A stretch of 64,000 nt of DNA from Candidatus Bathyarchaeota archaeon (GTDB lineage Archaea; Thermoproteota; Bathyarchaeia; Bathyarchaeales; Bathycorpusculaceae): the NCBI GenBank assembly GCA_963782525.1, contig CAWAKC010000007.1, positions 1 to 64,000 on the forward strand, written 5' to 3'. This document shows, piece after piece, positions 29,034 to 38,456 of this stretch (position 1 is its first letter; each line of letters begins with the position of its first letter). Below the pieces are notes generated by a model. That model made no database searches. It was given only the letters and a program-made list of their open reading frames with translations, and was not told the origin of the DNA. A program made the translations under genes and the position numbers.

Positions 29034-29164
29034 AAACCCTTCTTCAATTTCCACTATTTTGATCCCAATTTTGAATAATCCACTTGTTGGAATTTCAGGT
29101 CCAGAAAAATTGGCTTTTTGGGACAGAAAATTAATATCCTGCGCATGTGCAAGGAGCATAGAAA

Positions 29165-29389
29165 GTGGTGAATCAAAAGTTGAGTTTTGGAAACAAAGTC
29201 TTTAATGGCGTCCAAGAAGCGCTTGTTTTAGCGTTGATGCTGGTGACTGTTTTTACGCTCTTCTACGTTAACATAGACATCACCTACAAAATTGGCATCG
29301 CAGTGATAGTGTTCACAATAATCTTCTTGGCGACTCTGGCAGCTACGCTTCTGCGTCAGCAAAAAGAAATCAGGCAAGCTCGAGCCTAA
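29165..29389 (+). CDS. Small two-TM membrane protein
   Basis: 74 aa, two hydrophobic helices. Confidence 0.65.
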   Translation: MVNQKLSFGNKVFNGVQEALVLALMLVTVFTLFYVNIDITYKIGIAVIVFTIIFLATLAATLLRQQKEIRQARA

Positions 29390-29498
29390 ACGCTTTTTAC
29401 TTTCACTTTACCCTCCTATGCCCTGCAAAGTTGTTTTGCTGATACTTTAAAAAGGGTTAGCAACCGTAATTGGCTTCCATACATCGGAGAAAGAAAAG

Positions 29499-30230
29499 AT
29501 GATTCTTCAGGACGTAATCGCTAAACCCTCAACTGCTAAACCACTTTTGTCCTTGAACATGCAATGTGTAAATGAGCTTTTTCCAGGTTTTGCTCCAGGA
29601 GACTTCGCCGTCCTCTACGGGTCCCCATCGGTTATTTCGTTAACTTCCCTTCTATGCGTAAGAGCCCAGTTGCCTATGCAGCTTGGCGGTTTAGGAGGAA
29701 ACGTCGTTTTCATCGACGGCGGAAACACCTTTAGACTATACAACATCGCACGTTTAGCCCGACTACACCAGTTAAACCCAACTGAAACCTTAAAGCACAT
29801 CTTCATCTCCAGAGCATTCACCGCCTACCAGTTAACATCGCTTATAATGGAGAAACTCGAAGAAGCCATAAAAACTCACAACGCCAAACTCGTGATCATC
29901 TCAGACATCGCCGGGTTCTTCTTAGACAACGACGTTCCACAGGAAGAAGCCCAAAGAGTCTACAGCCAAATCATCAGTTACCTCTCAAACTTCGCAAGAA
30001 AACACCAAATCGCCGTCATCGCAACTTATTTGCCCTATGAAAGCGGCAGAAGAAGCAGTGCGCTCCAAGAAATGACGTTTGCAAGAGCAGCCACTGTGGT
30101 CGCGTTCATTAAAACAAAGTACATACGAGAGGTATCTTTAGAGAAGCATCCTTCCTTTGTTTTAGGCACAGCTGAGCTTCCATTCGAAAACTCGACGTTA
30201 ACCGATTTTATGGGTACGGGCGGCAAATAA
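29499..30230 (+). CDS. RadA/Rad51-like protein with degenerate Walker A
   Basis: QLGGL..VVFIDGGNTF, ISRAFTAYQ, LVIISD; the P-loop position reads YGSPSVISL. Confidence 0.8.
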   Translation: MILQDVIAKPSTAKPLLSLNMQCVNELFPGFAPGDFAVLYGSPSVISLTSLLCVRAQLPMQLGGLGGNVVFIDGGNTFRLYNIARLARLHQLNPTETLKHIFISRAFTAYQLTSLIMEKLEEAIKTHNAKLVIISDIAGFFLDNDVPQEEAQRVYSQIISYLSNFARKHQIAVIATYLPYESGRRSSALQEMTFARAATVVAFIKTKYIREVSLEKHPSFVLGTAELPFENSTLTDFMGTGGK

Positions 30231-30262
30231 AGTAGCTTAATCCTATCACAGTAAACTAAGGT

Positions 30263-30427
30263 TTAGAGCAACGCATTAACGATGACTAAAACATTGTTTA
30301 TGACGACAAATGCAAAGAATAGAACAACGCCAATGCAGGAGCCAAGCAGAGTGTTCTGCGAAATTTTGAAAGCACGGTTACTGTTATTCTCGGTAATAAG
30401 TAGAATTTTTTCAGCATATTGGATCAT
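30263..30427 (-). CDS. Small single-TM protein, 54 aa (not in ORF track)
   Basis: MIQYAEKILLITENNSNRAFKISQNTLLGSCIGVVLFFAFVVINNVLVIVNALL. Confidence 0.4.
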   Translation of the reverse strand: MIQYAEKILLITENNSNRAFKISQNTLLGSCIGVVLFFAFVVINNVLVIVNALL

Positions 30428-30542
30428 AATAGGATGATTGAAAAAATTATAGGAGGTAGGCGAAAAGCCCTAAGATGGGCACGTAGTATTGGCTGCTTTC
30501 AATGTCATTAGCATATTAAAAAAATTAAACTAAAGAAAGAGT

Positions 30543-31346
30543 TTAGTGGGAGAAGAGTTTTTCGTAGGGTCGCTTTGATAGAGGCAGTATCTTTTTGAAT
30601 TTGCCGCCGAGGATTACTTGGGAGTCTGCGCCGAAGTTGTTGCAGTATTCTTTAACTAAGCCCTCGATGACTTGCATGTCGCGTTTGCCAACTGGTAGGG
30701 TTTTGGTACCTTTGACAGGTTCAAGGATTTCGCCGCGTTCATAGATGACCCCGCCATGCATGCCTGTAGCTACGAATTTTGCTTTGCATTTTTCGCCTTC
30801 TTTAAGGTTCAAACCCAAAATGACGATGACTCCGCCAGCCATGTATTCTGCGAGGAAGTCACCTGCAGTTTCGCCCACGACTATCTGAGGAATCTTTGAT
30901 TTGTATTCTTTCATGTGGATGCCGACTCGGTAGCCGACGTAGTCTTTAACGAAGATTTTGCCGCCGCGCATAGAGTTGCCTGTAACGTCTCCGGCGTGTC
31001 CATGTATGATGATTTGGCCTTGGTTCATGGTGTTGCCGCAGCCGTCTTGGGCGTTGCCGTGAATTACCAGTTTGGGTCCGCTCATGAAGGCGCCAAGGTC
31101 GTTGCCGGGTGTGCCGTAAATGTCAATCTGTATCGATGTTGCAAGGTCAGTTCCGATGTATCTTTGTCCGCAGACGTTGTGTAGCTCAATGCGTTCAACG
31201 CCGTCAGCTCTGATTAATTGCCGCAGCAGACAGTTGAGTTCTCTGTAGTAGAGCCCTTCTGCGTCGACTTTGACGACTTTGCCTTCTCTTGTGATTCGAT
31301 TTTGGTATTTAGAGTCGATTTCTACTGGTGTGTTTTGAGTTTGCAT
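30543..31346 (-). CDS. Glutamate synthase GXGXG (domain 3) subunit
   Basis: GQRYIG, GNDLGAFM, AGDFLAEYMAGG, GMHGG. Confidence 0.9.
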   Translation of the reverse strand: MQTQNTPVEIDSKYQNRITREGKVVKVDAEGLYYRELNCLLRQLIRADGVERIELHNVCGQRYIGTDLATSIQIDIYGTPGNDLGAFMSGPKLVIHGNAQDGCGNTMNQGQIIIHGHAGDVTGNSMRGGKIFVKDYVGYRVGIHMKEYKSKIPQIVVGETAGDFLAEYMAGGVIVILGLNLKEGEKCKAKFVATGMHGGVIYERGEILEPVKGTKTLPVGKRDMQVIEGLVKEYCNNFGADSQVILGGKFKKILPLSKRPYEKLFSH

Positions 31347-31350
31347 TTGT

Positions 31351-32862
31351 TTATTCTCCTGCCATTTTAACGCCAAGTATCTTAAGCTCCGTCTTCGTTA
31401 AGCCGACGCCTCGCAGGGCAAGTCGGTTGCCGCGTAAGCTTTCGATGGCGTTTATGCCCATGCCGCCCATCATGTCTTTGATTTCGATGCTCCAACTGTT
31501 AAGCAGGTTGATGAGGCGTTTGGAGGCGATGTCGGGGTTTATGCGTTTGCTGATCCAAGCGTCGCTGGTAGCGATGCCCCAAGGGCATTTGCCGGTGTAA
31601 CAGCGTTGGCAAACCGTGCAGCCAATAGCAATCAATGCTGCCGTGCCAATGTACACCGCGTCTGCGCCCAACGCTATGGCTTTGAACACATCTGCTGCGC
31701 TTCTGAAGCCTCCAGCCGCAACCACGCCTGCTTGGTTTCGTATGCCTTCTTCACGGAGACGTTGGTCAATTTGCGCCAATGCCAATTCGATGGGTATTCC
31801 TACGTTGTCTCGGATGACTTTGGGTGCCGCACCTGTTGCGCCTCGCACGCCGTCTATTGCGATTATGTCTGCTCCAGCCCGAACCATGCCACTGGCTATT
31901 GCGGGGGCGTTGTGGACTGCAGCAATTTTGACGGATATGGGTTTGGTGTAGTTGGTTGCTTCTTTGAGGGCGTAGATGAGTTGGCGTAGGTCTTCTATTG
32001 AGTAGATGTCGTGTTGTGGATAGGGTGAAAGTGCATCTGTGCCTTCCGGTATCATGCGTGTCTTGGAGACGTGTTCAGTGACTTTTTCTCCGGGAAGGTG
32101 ACCGCCTATTCCGGGTTTTGCGCCTTGCCCAATCTTGATTTCGACTGCGGCACCTGCATTGAGGTACTCGCTGTGGACGCCGAATCTGCCAGAAGCAACC
32201 TGCACTATTGTGTGAGCGCCGTACTTGTAGAGGCTCTTGTCTAAGCCGCCTTCGCCTGTGTTCCAGTAAGTTCCGCACTCAGTGGCTGCACGAGCTAACG
32301 ATTCATGCACGTTTAGGCTGATGGCGCCATAGGACATGGCAGAGAACATTATTGGGGTATCCAAGCAGAGTTGTGGAGTCAGTTGAGTTTTAAGGACAGC
32401 TTCGCCGTTTTCCACTGCCAAATCTATTCTGTCAGGTTTTGCGCCAAGATACGTACGGATTTCCATTGGTTCTCTTAGTGGGTCGATTGAGGGGTTGGTG
32501 ACTTGGCTTGCGTTTAGGAGCAATCTGTCCCAGTAGGTGTATTCGGGTTTGTCGCAGCCCATACCAGTTAAGATGACGCCCCCGCTTTCCGCTTGCCGTT
32601 TCAAGTCGCGGATTGCTTCCATTTTCCAGTTGGCGTTTTCTCTGCTGACGTTCAGGTTCTTCTTTATGGTTAATGCGTGAGTTGGACAGAAGGTTACGCA
32701 TCGCTGGCAGTTAACGCAGTTCTCATCTTTGCTGCAAACAGTGTCAGTTTCGGCATCGTAGAAATGGGTGTCGTATGTGCACTGGTTAACGCAGACTTTG
32801 CAGCGTATGCAACGTTTCTCGTCTCGTTCAACTATGTATTCTGGTTGGACGTAGGTTTTCAT
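31351..32862 (-). CDS. Archaeal glutamate synthase FMN-binding subunit with 2x[4Fe-4S] domain
   Basis: AMSYGA, NTGEGG, QVASGRFGV, IKIGQGAKPG.GG.LPG.KV, CxxCxxC motifs. Confidence 0.95.
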   Translation of the reverse strand: MKTYVQPEYIVERDEKRCIRCKVCVNQCTYDTHFYDAETDTVCSKDENCVNCQRCVTFCPTHALTIKKNLNVSRENANWKMEAIRDLKRQAESGGVILTGMGCDKPEYTYWDRLLLNASQVTNPSIDPLREPMEIRTYLGAKPDRIDLAVENGEAVLKTQLTPQLCLDTPIMFSAMSYGAISLNVHESLARAATECGTYWNTGEGGLDKSLYKYGAHTIVQVASGRFGVHSEYLNAGAAVEIKIGQGAKPGIGGHLPGEKVTEHVSKTRMIPEGTDALSPYPQHDIYSIEDLRQLIYALKEATNYTKPISVKIAAVHNAPAIASGMVRAGADIIAIDGVRGATGAAPKVIRDNVGIPIELALAQIDQRLREEGIRNQAGVVAAGGFRSAADVFKAIALGADAVYIGTAALIAIGCTVCQRCYTGKCPWGIATSDAWISKRINPDIASKRLINLLNSWSIEIKDMMGGMGINAIESLRGNRLALRGVGLTKTELKILGVKMAGE

Positions 32863-32863
32863 T

Positions 32864-33979
32864 TTAGAGCTCTCCTGTGAGCATGTTTTTTAGTCTGCAT
32901 ACAACGGGTTCTCCGCCGCGGGGCGCCCAAAACTTGTCAAGCCGGGGCGAGACTAGCCGCATTGCCGCTTCCTCAGATGAAATGTACTGGAAGTCGCCAC
33001 GTATACCTGCAACCATCGGACGCAGTTTAATACGGTCGCATAAACCGATCATTTCGCCATGATGGGCTATGACGATGCCGAATGGTCCGTTCATGAGTAG
33101 GCTGCCGTAGGTTTGGCGTAGTGTCCGTAGCAAAGTTGCCTGTTTAGGCTCCATACTGTCGATTTCGTTCCACATCGGCGCAGCTAAGATTTGGGCTACC
33201 AAGTTTATGGGCAGGTGCTGTCTTCGCATAAGCAAATCCACCGCGTAAGCTAACACTTCAGTATCGGTTTGCATGGTGCATTTGTAACCGTACATCTCTA
33301 GGAAACGGCGGTTTATGCCGTAAGATGAGAGTTCACCGTTGTGTACTACTGTCCAGTCTAGGATGTTGAATGGGTGTGCTCCGCCCCACCAGCCGGGGGT
33401 GTTTGTTGGGAATCGGCTGTGGCATGACCACAAATAGCCCTGGTAGTCTTCTAAACAGAAGAAGTCTGCTACGTCCTCTGGGAAACCGACGCCTTTGAAG
33501 ACGCCCATGTCTTTGCCGCTTGAAAAGACAAAGGCTTTGCCTGTTTCAGTGTTGATGCGCATGATGGCTTCTATGACGTAGTCTTCTTCTGTTCGGTTTT
33601 CAGGTCGATGTTTTTTGGGTTCAACAAAGTACCGCCAAACCAGCGGTGGGTCACGAACGTCGGCTGGTTTTGTCTGCATTTCTTCATCGTATGCTATGTC
33701 GAATTTTGAAGCAAGTATATGGTCGGTTTTTTCTTTAGCGTCTTTGCTTAGGTACATGACGTGGAATGCGTAGTAGTCTTTGAAGTCGGGGTAGATACCA
33801 TAGACCGCAAAGCCGCCGCCTAAGCCGTTGCCGCGGTCATGCATATTTGCCATGGCGCGCACAGGGTCTTTGCTGCCGAAGCGGTTGCCTTCTGTGTTTA
33901 TCGCTGCAAAGATTCCGCAGGCTGCAAAATCTTTGTCGTCGCCGTAGGGGTTGATTATTTTTCTGTCGTTTTGGTCCAT
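32864..33979 (-). CDS. Glutamate synthase class II glutamine amidotransferase subunit
   Basis: ACGI, HSRFPTNT, HPF, VHNGE, TDTE. Confidence 0.93.
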   Translation of the reverse strand: MDQNDRKIINPYGDDKDFAACGIFAAINTEGNRFGSKDPVRAMANMHDRGNGLGGGFAVYGIYPDFKDYYAFHVMYLSKDAKEKTDHILASKFDIAYDEEMQTKPADVRDPPLVWRYFVEPKKHRPENRTEEDYVIEAIMRINTETGKAFVFSSGKDMGVFKGVGFPEDVADFFCLEDYQGYLWSCHSRFPTNTPGWWGGAHPFNILDWTVVHNGELSSYGINRRFLEMYGYKCTMQTDTEVLAYAVDLLMRRQHLPINLVAQILAAPMWNEIDSMEPKQATLLRTLRQTYGSLLMNGPFGIVIAHHGEMIGLCDRIKLRPMVAGIRGDFQYISSEEAAMRLVSPRLDKFWAPRGGEPVVCRLKNMLTGEL

Positions 33980-35259
33980 TATTGTACCACACTCATTTTT
34001 CTTTGAAGAGTAACGGGCAAGACTGCTAAGCCGAAGTCGTCTCTTAGTAGGTCTTGCTTGAATTTCTTCACGTTCACTTGGGTTTTCATCAGGTTGAATA
34101 GGATTCCAGCGCGGTCGATGCAGTTGACCAAGGTCATTCCGACGATGACGTTGTTTTTGAGGACCACTTTCTTGTACACGTTGTTCTGAAGATCTTGTTT
34201 TACGAGGATTTCCAGTGTTGGGTCTTCTTTGGGGTTTGCCATGCCGATGGAGACGATGGGTATGCCGAAGTACTTGAGGCTGCTCATGTTGGTTCCGCCC
34301 TCATAGGTGGCTTTTGCACCCGCCATGTTGGAACCTGCAACTCTACCCTCCAAAACCGCCAGAGGCCAGAGTGGCAAGAGCCGGTTCTGGTTAAGGATGA
34401 AATCGAAGGTTTCTGCAACATCGCCGCTGGCGTAAACGTCGGGTACCGTGGTTTGCATGTAGTTGTCAACCACTATACCTCGGTTAAGTTTCACTGCGGT
34501 TCCCGCTACGAGTTCGGTTCTTGGGATAACTCCGATGGCTACGATGACTAAGTCACAGGGCACTTGGTCGCCTTTGGTCAGGATAACTCCGCCGACTGTA
34601 CCGTCGTTTTCTGACCGGCCAAGGATTTTCTGCACTGATTGCCCAGTGGCAAAGTTGACGCCTGCTTTTCTGATGATGGCTTCAACAATGTCAGAGGCTT
34701 TAGCATCTAACAGTAAGCTCAGGATTTTTTCTTGCAGTTCCACGACAGTGACTTTTAACCCTTTTTTGACTAGGGCCTCGGTTACGCTTATACCAATCAA
34801 TCCTGCGCCGATGACGACTGCGCTTTTGGCGTGGATACTGTCGATTTTTGCTGCTAACCGCTGGGCGTCGGAGAGGTTTGTGAAGGTGAATACACCGTCT
34901 TTTTCTTGTCCTTCCATTTTGGGCACGAAGGGTTTGCCGCCTGTTGCAAGCAAAAGTTTTTCGTAGGCTACTTTTTCGCCGTCGTCTAAGTTGACGGTTT
35001 TCTCGGTCAAGTTTAGGCTGATGGCTTTTTTGCCGATACGTGCTTCAGCATTGTTTGTTTTCCAGAAGTCGTCGGTTTTACACTTCATCTTTTGGACGTC
35101 GGCTTTACCGCTGACTAAATCACTAATCATTGGGCGACTGTAGTGAGCGCAGGCTTCTTCAGTGATTACCACAATGTCGCCTACTTGGTCTACTTTTCGA
35201 ATAGCCTCAACTGCGGCTATGCCTGCTGCAGAAGCGCCAACGATAACGTACTTTGCCAT
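33979..35259 (-). CDS. FAD-dependent pyridine nucleotide-disulfide oxidoreductase
   Basis: IVGASAAG, ATGG, IGAGLIG, VYASGD. Confidence 0.92.
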   Translation of the reverse strand: MAKYVIVGASAAGIAAVEAIRKVDQVGDIVVITEEACAHYSRPMISDLVSGKADVQKMKCKTDDFWKTNNAEARIGKKAISLNLTEKTVNLDDGEKVAYEKLLLATGGKPFVPKMEGQEKDGVFTFTNLSDAQRLAAKIDSIHAKSAVVIGAGLIGISVTEALVKKGLKVTVVELQEKILSLLLDAKASDIVEAIIRKAGVNFATGQSVQKILGRSENDGTVGGVILTKGDQVPCDLVIVAIGVIPRTELVAGTAVKLNRGIVVDNYMQTTVPDVYASGDVAETFDFILNQNRLLPLWPLAVLEGRVAGSNMAGAKATYEGGTNMSSLKYFGIPIVSIGMANPKEDPTLEILVKQDLQNNVYKKVVLKNNVIVGMTLVNCIDRAGILFNLMKTQVNVKKFKQDLLRDDFGLAVLPVTLQRKMSVVQ

Positions 35260-35702
35260 TACGGTTTAACCTCCTTAAACACCAACGCCTGGTTGGGACA
35301 GTTGGCTACACATGCGGGTTCAGCTAAGCCCTGGCAAAGGTCGCATTTCGCGACTACATGGCCTTCTTTATCCATGATTAACGCGCCGTAGGGGCAAACC
35401 ATGACACATGTCCAACAGCCTATGCATTTGTCTTTGTTGTGGGTGACTTCGCCTGTTTTCTGGTCTTTTTGCATGGCGCCTGATAGGCAGGCGGTTACGC
35501 AGGGTGCGTCTTCGCAGTGGCGGCATTGAATTGCAAACGAGACGGGTTTGTTTACTTCGCGTCTGATTCTGGCGATGGGTTTGGGGCGTTCGCTATTGTA
35601 GGCTTTGATGATGTCTTTGGATTTTGAATGCGCAGTGGTGCAGTAGACTTCGCAGAGTCCGCAGCCCATGCATGCTTCTTGGTTTGCGATTATTTTCTTC
35701 AT
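35259..35702 (-). CDS. 4Fe-4S dicluster (CooF/HydN-like) protein
   Basis: Four Cys cluster motifs (CMGCGLC, CRHC..APC, CIGCWTC, KCDLC). Confidence 0.92.
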   Translation of the reverse strand: MKKIIANQEACMGCGLCEVYCTTAHSKSKDIIKAYNSERPKPIARIRREVNKPVSFAIQCRHCEDAPCVTACLSGAMQKDQKTGEVTHNKDKCIGCWTCVMVCPYGALIMDKEGHVVAKCDLCQGLAEPACVANCPNQALVFKEVKP

Positions 35703-35967
35703 CTTAATCTCTCTCCATTAAGGTTAGCGTGGACAAGTAAGCATCTGCACATGGAGTTCAATGTCATTTGTGCATAGAATGCTCTTGCTTGTGATTGCTT
35801 GATTACCGTTTTTGATTACTATTTTGCAACTGTTAAGCGGCATTTTTTTTCTCTCTTTTTTGGGAGTGCCCTTTCAATAGCATGTATTCTATATAACTTT
35901 GTTGATAATCATTTATATGTAACGCAAGGAAATATGTAATCTAAATGAAACATTTACCAATAGGTGT

Positions 35968-37077
35968 ATGTTAATGGCTGAAAAAGACCTCGGATACAGG
36001 CGCGTCCAATGCACAGGCAGAGGATCTTACATAATATCCCTACCAAAAGAGTGGGTAGAAGACTCAGGTTTGAACAGAGGCAGCGAAATCGCATTCAATA
36101 TCCAACCCGACTCAACCCTCACACTAGTTCCTAGAAAAATCATGGAGAAAGAAGGCAGAGAAAACGGCTCCAAACCCAAAGAATATTACATAAACATCGA
36201 CCCCAAAGAACCCCCGCAGTCCACAATACGCATGATACGTGCACTCTACGCCATAGGCGCCGACATCATACGGGTCCACTTCAAAAACACGACAGATGCC
36301 ACCAAAAACAAAAATGACATAAAAAACCTCGCTCGCGACAACTTTTTGGGCTCAGAAATAATCGATGAAACCCCTGACGAAATCACCATGCAAATTCTTA
36401 TTAAACACTCCGAGTTCCCGCTCGAAAAAGCAGTGCGCCGCATGGCAATCGTAGCGTTAGCCGCAAACCGCGACGCCATAGCAGCCTTAAAAGACCGTAG
36501 CACAACTCTCTTTGACAGCGTAATCAGTGCCCACAACGACGTCAACCGATTGGGACTCTACATCGTTCGCCAACTCAAACATGGCATAGAACGCAACCTC
36601 TACCGTGAACTCGGTTTCCGAACCCCCAAAGAATTCTTGCTCTACCGCATAGCTGTTAATGACGTAGAAAGCATCGCCCAAAACGCCATGAATATAATAA
36701 ATAACTTAGGCGCACTCCAAAAATTAATCGACAGCGAAACCCTATTCGTCAAAGACCCGATAGACGAAGAAATCTACAACCAACTTGTCTACTTCAGCAT
36801 CCAAGCCCACCAACTCTACGACGACTCCATCAAAGCCCTCTTCAAACGCGACTACAAGGACGCAGAAAAATTAATTTCCAAGCGCGAAGCTCTAATCCCC
36901 CTCGAAAATGAGTTAATCATGCTTATGTCAAGCAAAAAACTCGACCCCAACATCGCCTCAGTCCTCCGTTTAATCTTTGACAGCTCCAGGCGCATCATGG
37001 ACTACAGCCGCAACATGGCAGAACTAACACTCAACCGCACAGTCGAAGAACTCTGCTCCACACTCACATCCAAATAA
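35968..37077 (+). CDS. AbrB-PhoU fusion phosphate uptake regulator-like protein
   Basis: RRVQCTGRGSYIISLPKEW N-terminus plus two PhoU-like helical repeats. Confidence 0.88.
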   Translation: MLMAEKDLGYRRVQCTGRGSYIISLPKEWVEDSGLNRGSEIAFNIQPDSTLTLVPRKIMEKEGRENGSKPKEYYINIDPKEPPQSTIRMIRALYAIGADIIRVHFKNTTDATKNKNDIKNLARDNFLGSEIIDETPDEITMQILIKHSEFPLEKAVRRMAIVALAANRDAIAALKDRSTTLFDSVISAHNDVNRLGLYIVRQLKHGIERNLYRELGFRTPKEFLLYRIAVNDVESIAQNAMNIINNLGALQKLIDSETLFVKDPIDEEIYNQLVYFSIQAHQLYDDSIKALFKRDYKDAEKLISKREALIPLENELIMLMSSKKLDPNIASVLRLIFDSSRRIMDYSRNMAELTLNRTVEELCSTLTSK

Positions 37078-37095
37078 TTAATTTTTGAGAAAGAG

Positions 37096-37170
37096 TGCTC
37101 CGGCCGGGATTTGGACCCGGGTCGCCGACTCGAGAGGCCGGCATACTTGACCGGACTATACTACCGGAGC
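37096..37170 (-). tRNA. tRNA-Glu(CTC)
   Basis: GCTCCGG/CCGGAGC acceptor stem, anticodon arm CCGGC-CTCTCGA-GTCGG, no intron, CCA not encoded; T-loop reads TCCAAAT. Confidence 0.95.
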
Positions 37171-37232
37171 TCGGAACAAAAGGTTCTCTAATAGAAATAA
37201 ATAGGTTTTGTGCCTCAAACTTACTTAGCATT

Positions 37233-38198
37233 CTAGAACCTGAGCCTTTTCATCCAGCTCTGCCGCGGCTGATTTTTCAGTGTGTTTTTTGGAAGCAGTC
37301 GGTAGGACGCATAGAACGCTACACCTATAACGATGAACGTAACGATTGTAGGTAAGTACGAGGGCAACTCTAAACCAAAGCTTTCAACCAGCATAAAAAT
37401 TCCAAGAAAACCGATTGAAGTTAAAGCGCCGTTCTTGAGATACTTATATTTGCTGATAGTATCGATTCCTTTTATGGTTAATTCTCTTACTACAAGAGCG
37501 CCGATGCCTAACCCTATAAGAATCAACAGCAGGTTTATAGTGAAAGCAAATGCGCCGACGACGCCGTCAAAACTAAATGTTGTATCTAAAACTTCAAGGT
37601 AAACGAACTTTGAAAGGTCACTTAGGCTGCCGCCGCCACCTAATAACCGCTCCTCGTTTTTTTCTGCAGTTTCCTTTAACCCATAGACTAAGAAGAAAGT
37701 GGCACTGCCAATTGCTGCTGCCAACATCATTGTGGAATTAGCCCTTGCAAGGTACAACACAACTACCAACATCAGACTGGCGACAGCGAAGAACCAGACG
37801 CCGTACTTTTCCTTTAAGAACCTCTCCACGTAGAGCGGGTCTTTTTTCTCGAGGAACAACCAGTGGAAGTATAGGAGTAACAGGAATATTCCTCCGAAGA
37901 CAAGAATTACTGGCTTTTGAATTTCGATAGCTTGCGCAGCAATAGTGCTTTGTCCCGAGAAAGCAAGGAACATTTCGGGGAGGCTTATAGTTGGAACAGA
38001 AATCCAAACTATGATTAGCGGCAGAATAAACCTTACCAGAAACACAGACGTTACAATTCCGATTAAGAGGAATCGCTTGCGCCACAACATGCTCATCGTC
38101 TTCAGGACTGTGGCGTTCACTACAGCGTTGTCTACGCTATTGACAACTTCGAATACCACCAAACCCAGAACAATCGCTATAGACTCTAATAGTGACAC
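37233..38198 (-). CDS. DUF475/TerC-like membrane protein
   Basis: SVDNAVVNA, YLEVLDTTFSFDGVVGAFA, YLKNGA. Confidence 0.88.
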   Translation of the reverse strand: MSLLESIAIVLGLVVFEVVNSVDNAVVNATVLKTMSMLWRKRFLLIGIVTSVFLVRFILPLIIVWISVPTISLPEMFLAFSGQSTIAAQAIEIQKPVILVFGGIFLLLLYFHWLFLEKKDPLYVERFLKEKYGVWFFAVASLMLVVVLYLARANSTMMLAAAIGSATFFLVYGLKETAEKNEERLLGGGGSLSDLSKFVYLEVLDTTFSFDGVVGAFAFTINLLLILIGLGIGALVVRELTIKGIDTISKYKYLKNGALTSIGFLGIFMLVESFGLELPSYLPTIVTFIVIGVAFYASYRLLPKNTLKNQPRQSWMKRLRF

Positions 38199-38456
38199 GA
38201 TTCAAGCACGTGCCAATTTATGGTGTTAGTGTATAAAACGGTTTTTGATAAACAAGCCCTTGTTTAGATATCGATAAACTATAACCCACAAGCATTTGAT
38301 TCTATTTTTTGAAAAAGAGATTTGCATTTAAGTCGTTCTCTATCTTTTTGGATCCTAAGATGTCCATGTTGGATTAAACCATAGCCATTAAAATGTTAGA
38401 ACAGAGTGCTTTTCGTCAAAATTACTAAAATTAAAAAAGAAGTTATTTGGGGAAGT

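Noticed and set aside
29051-29081. Possible fourth half-copy of the repeat (ACTATTTTGATCCCAATTTTGAA)
   Set aside because: Too degenerate, with no core or partner arm; needs an HMM score.
37095-37355. 86-aa ORF on the plus strand
   Set aside because: Antisense reading of tRNA-Glu and the DUF475 gene end.
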